Of a stretch of 24,000 bases of DNA, positions 9,868 to 17,167 are shown one piece after another (positions within the stretch are counted from its first letter, which is position 1; each line of letters starts with the position of its first letter). Below the pieces are notes generated by a model. The model worked only from the letters and a program-made list of their open reading frames with translations. It searched no databases and was not told the origin of the DNA. Source of the stretch: Saltatorellus ferox. Lineage in GTDB: Bacteria; Planctomycetota; UBA1135; GCA-002686595. The DNA is taken from NCBI RefSeq assembly GCF_007751475.1, contig NZ_CP036434.1, forward strand, positions 3,391,524-3,415,523. The letters are read 5' to 3'. A program made the position numbers and the translations under genes.

Positions 9868-10881
9868 TCACTGGAACGTCACGGAGTAGCCGTCCGTGAA
9901 GTTCGACGTGGGACCGGACGGGCTGCTGTCGCGGTACCACGCCTGGAAGCTCCAGGTCTCGGAGGCCATCACCGAGACGAAGCCCGTGGGGGTCGGAGTG
10001 GCCGTCAGGTCGAGGGGCAAGCTGATCATGCCGCCGAGGCCAGAGTTCTGGATCTGCCCCGAGCCGACGTAGCGTCCGACGGCGCCGGAGAGGCAGAGGT
10101 TGCCGGAGCTGCCGCCTGGGTTCATCACGAAGCCCTGGGCCTGGCTGGTGATGAAGAAGCAGAAGGCGAGCTGGGGCAGGCTATCGGCCAGGAGCGTCAC
10201 GTCATTGTCCGCAGCAGTCGCGCTTCCGGTGGCCCGGATGCGGGCCGACTGACCCGTGGAGTTCGGGTTCGCCGTGCAGTACGACGTGCCGAGACCGGCG
10301 CCCGGATCCGCGAAGGTGGCGAGGAATCGAAGGTCCTTGCTCTCGGTGTGCGGTGCACGGTTGGCGATGATCGAAGTGCCGCGATAGGCGTCGTTCGGCG
10401 CCGTCTGTCCGTCGAACTCCTGAAGGGAACGCGGCACCGTGTTGGTCGGGTTGACGTCCATCGGCGAGCTGGAGAGCACGCACCAGTATTCGGTGCCGGC
10501 GTTGAGTCTCAACGAGTCGAACGTCCAGGCGAGCTCCGTGTAGTTCGCGAGGCCTGCCGCCGAACTGGTGTCGACGAAGTTGCTGGAGGAACCAATGAGG
10601 TTGGCGGTGTCGGGGTCGCCGTCATAGACCGCGATGTAGGTGGTGGCGTGGCCGGTGCCACCCAGGTTGCCCGTCCAGAAGCTGAGGCCGATCAGGTCCA
10701 GCGTGGGCGTGTTCATGTAGCCAACGACGTCTTCCGGGAAGAACGACTGCCCCGAACCGAGGCCACCGAGGGAACTCGGGTTGTTCGTGGCGCTGAAGTC
10801 GATGGTCAATTGCATCGACGAGGCATCGCTGGCGGTCAGGCCGAGGAAGACGGCTGCGAGGAAAGAGGCTGGCAGATTCAT
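9868..10881 (-). CDS. secreted protein of unknown function
   Basis: 337-aa ORF with signal peptide MNLPASFLAAVFLGLTASDASS. The composition is Gly/Ser/Thr/Asn-rich with low charge. The C-terminal ~130 aa (YCTANPNSTGQSARI...GNLCLSG...WSFQAWYRDS...SNFTDGYSVTF) contain paired Cys and look like a discrete beta-rich module. No family name that I can support. Confidence 0.7.
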   Translation of the reverse strand: MNLPASFLAAVFLGLTASDASSMQLTIDFSATNNPSSLGGLGSGQSFFPEDVVGYMNTPTLDLIGLSFWTGNLGGTGHATTYIAVYDGDPDTANLIGSSSNFVDTSSAAGLANYTELAWTFDSLRLNAGTEYWCVLSSSPMDVNPTNTVPRSLQEFDGQTAPNDAYRGTSIIANRAPHTESKDLRFLATFADPGAGLGTSYCTANPNSTGQSARIRATGSATAADNDVTLLADSLPQLAFCFFITSQAQGFVMNPGGSSGNLCLSGAVGRYVGSGQIQNSGLGGMISLPLDLTATPTPTGFVSVMASETWSFQAWYRDSSPSGPTSNFTDGYSVTFQ

Positions 10882-11201
10882 GGTGAGCTGGAGAACGGAG
10901 AGGCCCGTGGCCCAGGTTCACCGTCGAACCAGGCGCCACATGGGGCCTCATCCTACGATCCAGGAAGATTTCCTGGTAACTTTGGGCGGCGCGATGGCAC
11001 AGCAGGTACCTGAGCAGGAGACCGCTGAATGGAGCCGCCAGGCTCAACGGGCATGAGCGGGCGGCCGGCTGGCAACTCCGGGGGCTTGCTCAAGCAACCC
11101 TGGAGAGGGGCGTCGGCGGCGCCCTGAGGGGGCGCGGCGGGCTCGTGGGGGATAGCTCTCGTCCCCTCGATCGCGCGGAAGCGGGGCCTGCCGCTTGCCG
11201 A

Positions 11202-12065
11202 TCAGGTCAGCTGGCCGAAGCGGCGCAGGTGCTTCTTCTTCACCTGAACCCAGGTGAGGAAGTCGATCGTTCCGAACTCATGATCGATGGCGGGCGGGCC
11301 GAGGACCAGCGCTCCGTTGCGCAGGTACGACGCGAAGAGCTTGGGGATCTCCACGTCGCCCGTGCCGGAACCGCCCTTGCGCAGCGGCCAGTCGAGGAGC
11401 GGGCAGGCCGTCGCGAGACGCGGCGGGGCGTAGAGCGTCGGGTGGACCTTGTCGTCGGCGAGGAGCTTCGCGTAGAGCGCGATGCCCTTGAGCGGGTCCG
11501 TTCCCGTGAGCGAGCTGCAGCCGAAGAAGGCCTCGGCGCCCACGTGCTGCTGATAGGCGATCAGACCCTGCCAGAGGAGGAACAGGACGCTCTTGTGACG
11601 GTGGGGACGCGCCACGCAGGCGCGGCCCAGCTCGACCGCGCGGTTCAGCGTATCCAGAGGAATGCGATCGAGTTCGAACTCGCCCGAGGTGTACCAGCCG
11701 TGACCGGCGGCAGCGGACTCGGCCGTTTGCATCCGGTAGGTCCCGATCACCGCGCCGGTCTCTACGTGGAGGACCATGAGATGCTGGCACTGGCGGTCGA
11801 AGGCGTCGGCATCGAGGCCGGTCTCGTGGGCGCCGTTGAGGCCCTCACCCAGCTCGACGTTGAAGACCGCGTAGCGGAGTCGGCGGACGGCTTCGAGGTC
11901 CGAGCCGGTCCGCGCGAAGCAGAGTCGGTAGGGGCCGAGCGTGACGTCGATGGACGGGACGAGATCGATGCCGTAAAGCAGATCCTCGCTGCCGGATCGG
12001 GTGGCGGCTGGCTGCATACGGGAGATCGGATCTCCGGAGAACGGGCCTTGGCTGCGTGAGGGCAT
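11202..12065 (-). CDS. OlsB-like GNAT-family lipid N-acyltransferase (hemolysin-like/Acetyltransf_5 type)
   Basis: C-terminal 287 aa of track ORF 11202..12683. The core LRYAVFNVELGEGLNGAHETGLDADAFDRQCQHLMVLHVETGAVIGTYRM and the tail IDHEFGTIDFLTWV are characteristic of ornithine/glycine-lipid N-acyltransferases. The start is placed at ATG 12065 (MPSRSQG...), with an alternative ATG at 12017. Neither has a clear SD. Confidence 0.75.
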   Translation of the reverse strand: MPSRSQGPFSGDPISRMQPAATRSGSEDLLYGIDLVPSIDVTLGPYRLCFARTGSDLEAVRRLRYAVFNVELGEGLNGAHETGLDADAFDRQCQHLMVLHVETGAVIGTYRMQTAESAAAGHGWYTSGEFELDRIPLDTLNRAVELGRACVARPHRHKSVLFLLWQGLIAYQQHVGAEAFFGCSSLTGTDPLKGIALYAKLLADDKVHPTLYAPPRLATACPLLDWPLRKGGSGTGDVEIPKLFASYLRNGALVLGPPAIDHEFGTIDFLTWVQVKKKHLRRFGQLT

Positions 12066-12208
12066 GGGAAGGGGGGGCGGGTTCGCGGTGGCTATGCCTG
12101 GATGGGGGAAGGGAGAGAGGGCCGCGCCAGCCCCGGACCCGTTTATACGGTGCGTTCGGCCCGGGACGATCAAGGGGTCGTGCAGATATCGTGAGCCTTT
12201 ACGGCCCC

Positions 12209-14830
12209 CTACGTCCTGTGGGACCGTTGTTTTCGCCGATATCGAACCCATTCGCGAAGAACCTGGCCGGCGCTCGCCTTGGGGGCCCCCGCGGCCGCGT
12301 TGCGGGCGCCGATCGAGTAGGCGAGCGCCCACTGCGCGAAGAGGATCCGATAGGAGGCCAGGATCGAGTGCTTCGGGTCGTAGAGGTTGGTCGCCTCGGA
12401 CGTCACGCCGTTGAGTTCGATCACGCCGAGGCTCTCCCCCCGGGCGAGATGCTCCGCCGAGGGAGCGCGCAGATCGTAGCGGCCGAAGAAGAAGCCCTCG
12501 TAGCCGCGGGACAGCTCCTCGACCGCTGCTTCGAGCTCGGGCGTGATGAGGTGGGCGCCCTCCAGGAAGAGCGCGCCGCGCGCGTGGGTGCCGACCTTCA
12601 CGAGCTGGACCTTCTCGCCGGGCGCAGGCACCTCGCTCGCGCGTTTTCCCAGCTCCTTCAGGTACGTCGCGTGGAGCGCGCACGCGCGCGGATCGTCCAG
12701 CAGCAGCTCCTCGACGGTGCGCTTCCCGTCGCCCTTGACCTCGGGCAGCACCTTGGTCGTGATCGCGAAGATCGAGCCCTTTTCCTGGCCCGGCTCGCGC
12801 GTGTAGAAAACGCCGAACTCCTCGCCGTCGAGTCGCTCTTGGAGCAGCGCGTCATGGTCGAGCGCGCGCACGCGTTCCACGAGATCTACCTCGCTCTTCA
12901 CGGAGGCAACGCCGGACCCGCGCTGGCCCTCGTTGGGTTTCAGGATGACCGGATAGTCGAGCGCGTGCTTCCCCATGAACGCGAGCGCGGCCTCGGCGCG
13001 GGCGTCGGGGCCAGCGGCTGCCTCGAGCAGCACGAACAGAGGGACCTCCGGTCGATCCACCCCGAGTCCTTCCAGGATTTCCGCCTTCGATTCGCCGATC
13101 AGCCCGCCCATGGGCATGGCCGGATTCGACGCGGTGAAAGCGAACGCGCCACGGTGCTTGATCGACAGCCAGACGAGCCACGGAACGAGCGGCAGGTAGG
13201 CGACGTAGGGGGGCCAGAACTCGAAGCGTGTCAGCCTCAGCCACTTGCCGCGCAAGAGGCGCCGTCCCTTGTGCGTGAAGAGCAGCGGCAGAAGACGGTA
13301 CGCCTGCAGCAGCACCACGATGAGCGCAAGGATGAACGGGAGCTGGCGCGCCCCCAGGCCTCCGATGGCTTCGGCCAGCTGCTCGCCCGCGAGCGCCGCG
13401 ATACCGACGAGCGCCGGCGTCCAAAGGAGGCCGGCGACCGCGAAGAACAGCGCGAACGTCGCGAAGCGCGTTCGCAGCACGCCCGCGGCCACGTAGGTGG
13501 GGAGGCGTAGCCCTGGCGTGAAGCGCGAGAGGAAGATGACGCCGATGCCCTTGGACTCGAACCACTGGCTCGCCCGCTCGACGGCCTCATCGGACACGAA
13601 CCAGCGGAACGGACGGCGGCGCAGCGCGGGGCGACCGAAGGTACGACCCAGGAGATAGAGCCCGATGTCGCCGACGAAGATCCCGACGAAGCAAGCGAGC
13701 GACGCGGCCACGAAGCCTATGCGGCCGTCGGCCACGAGGAGCCCCGCCGCGATGCACGCGAGGTCCTCGGAGACGAACGTCGCGACCGCGAGCAGCGCGA
13801 GGATCGTCAGAAGCGCCGGGCCCTCGAACGGCGGCACCTGCGCCGGATCGAAGGGCTCAGCCGCCAGCGCCCGCGCTTCGCCGGGCAGGTCCGATCGCCG
13901 CGGTGCCTCGCCAGCCTCGACGCGGTCCACGAACCGCGCGATCAAGGTCGCCACTCGCTCCGTTTGCAACCAGGGAAGGAAGTGGCTCGCGGGGCTGTCG
14001 AGCACGATGAGATCGGCCTGGGGCACGATGCGCGCGTGCTCCTCTGCGGCGGCCACGGGCACGAGGAAATCGTCTTCACCGTGGAGGATCAGCGTCGGGA
14101 CGTCGAGTGCCTCCAGGATGGGCCGGAGCCGCCGCTGGTCGGTGTCGTAGAAGTTGCGGCCGTACGGGACGCCGAGCATGGCCCGGTCGAACGCGCCGAA
14201 GTGGGGGACGAGCCAGCGCAGCGCTCGGAGCGCGCCCAGCTGGAGCCCGTGGATGCCGTGGTTGAGCGTATGGCCTCCGAGGAGCTCCAGCTCGATCACG
14301 CCGATGGCGGCGAGCAGCGTCAGCGACTCGACCCGCTCGGGCGCGCGGTCGATCATCTCCAGCGCGACGCCGCCGCCCATGCTGAAGCCGACGGCGTGCA
14401 CGCGCTCGATACCGAGTTCGTCCATCAGCTCGAGGCAGTAGCCCGCGTGGGCGCGCACCGAGACGTCGGGGATGTCTTTCGACGACTGTCCGAAGCCGGG
14501 CAGGTCGGGGGCGATCAGGCGGAAACGGTCGCGCAACAGCGGGACCACGTCGCGGAAATCGCTGCCGGAGCCAGGGCTGCCCTGGAGTAGCAAGAGCGCG
14601 GGCGCGGCCTTCGGCCCCGCGTCGAGGTAGGCGATCCGGACCGAGGCGTCGGTGCCGGGAGGCGAGGTCTCAAGTCCGTCCGAACCGAGAGCTGGCACGG
14701 TGGTGAAGGCAAAACCCGCGCGCGGCGCTTCGGGCGCGGGCGCTCGCCCGAGCATGGTCGCCCAGGAAACAGCGAGCGCGAGCGCGTAGAGACCGAGGAC
14801 GATCTTCCAGGCGGAGAACCGGCGCTTCAC
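12209..14830 (-). CDS. tri-domain membrane protein: alpha/beta-hydrolase + DedA/VTT (SNARE-associated) domain + ATP-grasp carboxylate-amine ligase
   Basis: Track ORF 12209..15076 trimmed to GTG 14830 (VKRRFSAWKIVLGLYALALAVSW, an N-terminal TM anchor), because upstream codons overlap the better-coding NRDE gene.
- Hydrolase domain: LLLLQGSPGSGSDF, nucleophile elbow GFSMGG, HGEDDFLVP (Asp), SPASHFLPW (His).
- DedA/VTT domain: FVSEDLACIAAGLL...FVGDIGLYLLGRTFG...FLSRFTPGLRLPTYVAAGV.
- Two further TM helices follow.
- ATP-grasp domain: YPVILKPNEGQRGSGVASV...GVFYTREPG...GRYDLRA...GVIELNGVTSEATNLYDP.
Total 873 aa. Confidence 0.75.
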   Translation of the reverse strand: MKRRFSAWKIVLGLYALALAVSWATMLGRAPAPEAPRAGFAFTTVPALGSDGLETSPPGTDASVRIAYLDAGPKAAPALLLLQGSPGSGSDFRDVVPLLRDRFRLIAPDLPGFGQSSKDIPDVSVRAHAGYCLELMDELGIERVHAVGFSMGGGVALEMIDRAPERVESLTLLAAIGVIELELLGGHTLNHGIHGLQLGALRALRWLVPHFGAFDRAMLGVPYGRNFYDTDQRRLRPILEALDVPTLILHGEDDFLVPVAAAEEHARIVPQADLIVLDSPASHFLPWLQTERVATLIARFVDRVEAGEAPRRSDLPGEARALAAEPFDPAQVPPFEGPALLTILALLAVATFVSEDLACIAAGLLVADGRIGFVAASLACFVGIFVGDIGLYLLGRTFGRPALRRRPFRWFVSDEAVERASQWFESKGIGVIFLSRFTPGLRLPTYVAAGVLRTRFATFALFFAVAGLLWTPALVGIAALAGEQLAEAIGGLGARQLPFILALIVVLLQAYRLLPLLFTHKGRRLLRGKWLRLTRFEFWPPYVAYLPLVPWLVWLSIKHRGAFAFTASNPAMPMGGLIGESKAEILEGLGVDRPEVPLFVLLEAAAGPDARAEAALAFMGKHALDYPVILKPNEGQRGSGVASVKSEVDLVERVRALDHDALLQERLDGEEFGVFYTREPGQEKGSIFAITTKVLPEVKGDGKRTVEELLLDDPRACALHATYLKELGKRASEVPAPGEKVQLVKVGTHARGALFLEGAHLITPELEAAVEELSRGYEGFFFGRYDLRAPSAEHLARGESLGVIELNGVTSEATNLYDPKHSILASYRILFAQWALAYSIGARNAAAGAPKASAGQVLREWVRYRRKQRSHRT

Positions 14831-14833
14831 GGG

Positions 14834-14857
14834 AGCGGACAAGTCAGCGGACAAGTC
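14834..14857. repeat. perfect tandem duplication of a 12-mer (AGCGGACAAGTC x2)
   Basis: 14834-14845 and 14846-14857 are identical. On the minus strand this reads GACTTGTCCGCT twice. It spans the NRDE-gene stop codon and the 25-nt spacer before the fusion-gene GTG, and it creates two in-frame TGA codons 12 nt apart. Confidence 0.9.
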
Positions 14858-15647
14858 AGGCGCCGCTGCGCGGCAGGTCCAGCGCGACGGAGACCTCCGT
14901 CGCATGGGGCGGGCCCGGGCGGTACTCGAAGTGGACGTTCGACTTCGTGACGACGATGTGGCACTGGCTCCGCGTGGCTGCGTCCGCGCGCTGCATCGTC
15001 GGCGTGAAAGCCGTCGGGCCACGCTCGGCGTCCACGTGACGCTGGAAGGCAGCGAGTCTCTCGGGATCCGGCGCATCGGCGCGCTTTTTCTCCTCTCCGC
15101 CGAGGACCAGAGAGGTGTAGAGCGCGCGCCTCGAAAGCTGGACCTCGTCCTGCTCGAAGCTGGAGGACGTGAGCGGCAGCTGGCGCTCGCCGCTGACGTC
15201 GATGGCCACGGTCAGTCCATCCCAGCGCGCGACGAGCGCGGGATCGCCCGGCGCCTTCAGCACCACGACCGCCGGCCGGTAGGGCGCCAGCTCGTGCGGT
15301 GACAGCATCGCGAGCGACTCGAGCGGACGCTCCAGCGACGCCAGCAGGCGAACGAGCGCTCCGCGGCTCTGGTAGTGCTCCAGCGTCGGGCCGCGGCTCA
15401 CGATGTAGCCGTTGAGGAGCGCCACCGTCAGCCCGTGTTCGTTCGCCGCGATCCAGGTACCGCCCGCCTCGCTGTCCCCCGGTGCGATGTAGCGCACGCC
15501 CTCCGGCGAGGTCTGGATCCGCGGCGGGATCTCGGGACCACGCGTCAGCAGCTCATCCCGGTTGAACCAGAGCGAATAGCCCGACTCCTCCGGATCAGGG
15601 GGCGAATCCTCACCAGCGCGCTGGCTCGTCCAGGTCAGCGTGCACAC
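14856..15647 (-). CDS. NRDE/TANGO2-family protein with N-terminal Cys
   Basis: C-terminal 263 aa of track ORF 14856..16349. The start is placed at GTG 15647, so the protein begins (M)CTLTWTSQ..., followed about 30 aa later by WFNRDE. This is the MC...NRDE pattern of the NRDE/TANGO2 family. The rest of the 497-aa ORF upstream is Arg/Pro-rich and overlaps the DinB-like gene in another frame. Confidence 0.7.
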   Translation of the reverse strand: MCTLTWTSQRAGEDSPPDPEESGYSLWFNRDELLTRGPEIPPRIQTSPEGVRYIAPGDSEAGGTWIAANEHGLTVALLNGYIVSRGPTLEHYQSRGALVRLLASLERPLESLAMLSPHELAPYRPAVVVLKAPGDPALVARWDGLTVAIDVSGERQLPLTSSSFEQDEVQLSRRALYTSLVLGGEEKKRADAPDPERLAAFQRHVDAERGPTAFTPTMQRADAATRSQCHIVVTKSNVHFEYRPGPPHATEVSVALDLPRSGA

Positions 15648-16207
15648 GTTTCGCTCGCCCGCTTCGCCTCGGCCTGCTGTGCCCAGTAGCGAATCGTCGA
15701 GGGCGCCACGCCGAACTCCGATCCAGGATCGCCGCCGCCCGACCGGACGGCGACGGCGATCAGCGCGTAGTGGTGGACCGTGTGGCTGACGAGCGACTGA
15801 AGTTCGCGGCTCACGTTCGACGGGACCCAGGGGGATCCGTCGGAGCGCACGCGGAGGGCCGCGTCGTTCCTGACCCGGTCGATGCTGGCGGCGCGCTGCA
15901 AGCGCTCGATCGTCGTCCGCAAGACCGCGGTCGCATACTCGGGATCGATCTCCACGCGAGGGTCGCGCTCCCGTGCGTCGTAGTCGACCTCGGGCACCTC
16001 GTTCGGGCCGAGTTCCGTCCGCTCCACCGCGGCCAGGAGGCGCTGGTAGAAGTCCACGACGTGCCGCAGGTGCGGCCCGACGCCAGACAGGGCGAGCGCG
16101 GGGGCGTTCTCCGTGAACTGGGCGGAGTCGAGGGCTGAGACGAGGGCCACTCCCTGGCGAAGGACCGCCAGGTTGTCGTCGATCAGCTGCTGTACGGTGG
16201 ACGTCAT
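15635..16207 (-). CDS. DinB-like (DinB_2 four-helix-bundle, metal-binding His) protein
   Basis: 190-aa ORF MTSTVQQLIDDNLAVLRQGVALVSAL... with spaced His motifs (GPHLRHVVDFY, VSHTVHHYALI) typical of the DinB superfamily. Its ATG overlaps the upstream PlsC stop (ATGA, 16204-16207). Its 3' end overlaps the NRDE start by 13 nt. Confidence 0.6.
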   Translation of the reverse strand: MTSTVQQLIDDNLAVLRQGVALVSALDSAQFTENAPALALSGVGPHLRHVVDFYQRLLAAVERTELGPNEVPEVDYDARERDPRVEIDPEYATAVLRTTIERLQRAASIDRVRNDAALRVRSDGSPWVPSNVSRELQSLVSHTVHHYALIAVAVRSGGGDPGSEFGVAPSTIRYWAQQAEAKRASETCAR

Positions 16208-17085
16208 CGGGACGTGATCGGAGTCGTGGGGCCGGCCGAGGAGTCAGCTTTGGAATCGGCCGCCGCGTCAGCGGCGGTGGCTCCCTGGCTGGCGGCTTCC
16301 CGAGAAGGGGTGAAGCAGCGTTCCGTGGCCAGCTGGGCGGCCTGGGCAAGCGCTTTACGGGCGCCGGCTTCGCTCTTCTCGGGCGTGCGGAGGATTTCGG
16401 GGGAGAAGGTTACGGTGGCGACGGTTCGGGGCTGATTCAAGAACGTGAGGAAATGCGACCCGAAAGGGGCGTCTCCCCACCAGCAGACGGCCTCCCAGGC
16501 CGGCCTGGGGCCCCGGGGGGCGTGATAGTGGAGAGCGGCGACCCGGACCGGCACCCCTGTTTCGACGGGGACCTCGAACAGTGACGGCTTGAATCGTTCT
16601 ACCTGGGAGCCGTCGGTGCTCGTGCCCTCGGGGAAGACGATGACGCCGGGGCCGCGGGCCAGGACGCTCTTCACCTCGGTGATCACGCGGGTCAGGTCGC
16701 GCTTGCGGCTGCGGTCCACGAAGAGCGTGCCCGTGCTGCGCGCCAGGAACCCGAGGACCGGCCAGCTGGCGATCTCGCTCTTCGCCAGGAACCGAGCGTC
16801 GAGCCGGCTCAGGAGGAGCGGGATGTCGACGTACGAGAGGTGATTGGCCACCAGGAAGTAGGCTTCCTCCTCGCCGGCGCGCCTGGGCACGGGGCCCTCG
16901 AAGCGCGCTTCCACGCCCATGATCCAGAGCACCGCGCGGGCCCAGGTCCCGATCCAGAGCCGCTGCAACGGCGCATCCGTGCCAGGGATGAGCCAGGCGA
17001 CGGGCCGCGTGAGGAGCCACCCGAGGAAGAGTGGGACCGTGACGCACGGCAGGAGCAGCAGTCGTAGGAGGACCCGGAGGGACAT
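16204..17085 (-). CDS. PlsC-family lysolipid O-acyltransferase (OlsA-like)
   Basis: 293-aa ORF with an N-terminal TM segment, the HX4D acyltransferase motif (ANHLSYVD), FVDRS and the VFPEGTST motif. The C-terminal tail is Ala/Ser-rich. Confidence 0.8.
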   Translation of the reverse strand: MSLRVLLRLLLLPCVTVPLFLGWLLTRPVAWLIPGTDAPLQRLWIGTWARAVLWIMGVEARFEGPVPRRAGEEEAYFLVANHLSYVDIPLLLSRLDARFLAKSEIASWPVLGFLARSTGTLFVDRSRKRDLTRVITEVKSVLARGPGVIVFPEGTSTDGSQVERFKPSLFEVPVETGVPVRVAALHYHAPRGPRPAWEAVCWWGDAPFGSHFLTFLNQPRTVATVTFSPEILRTPEKSEAGARKALAQAAQLATERCFTPSREAASQGATAADAAADSKADSSAGPTTPITSR

Positions 17086-17167
17086 GACCTTGGGCAGTTT
17101 GCCCGCTGCGGGGTGGCCAAGTCGAGGGAAGTGCTCGAAAGCGGAGGCCAGAACGGCGGGGGGGCTG

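Noticed and set aside
12021-12035. Palindrome GGAGATC-G-GATCTCC near the 5' end of the OlsB-like gene
   Set aside because: It is short and lies inside the coding sequence under my preferred start (12065). It matters only for choosing between the ATG at 12065 and the one at 12017, which I cannot resolve.
11145-13510. Plus-strand ORFs 11145..12059 (304 aa) and 12056..13510 (484 aa)
   Set aside because: They are antisense to the OlsB-like and fusion genes, which carry clear catalytic motifs. Their translations are low-complexity.
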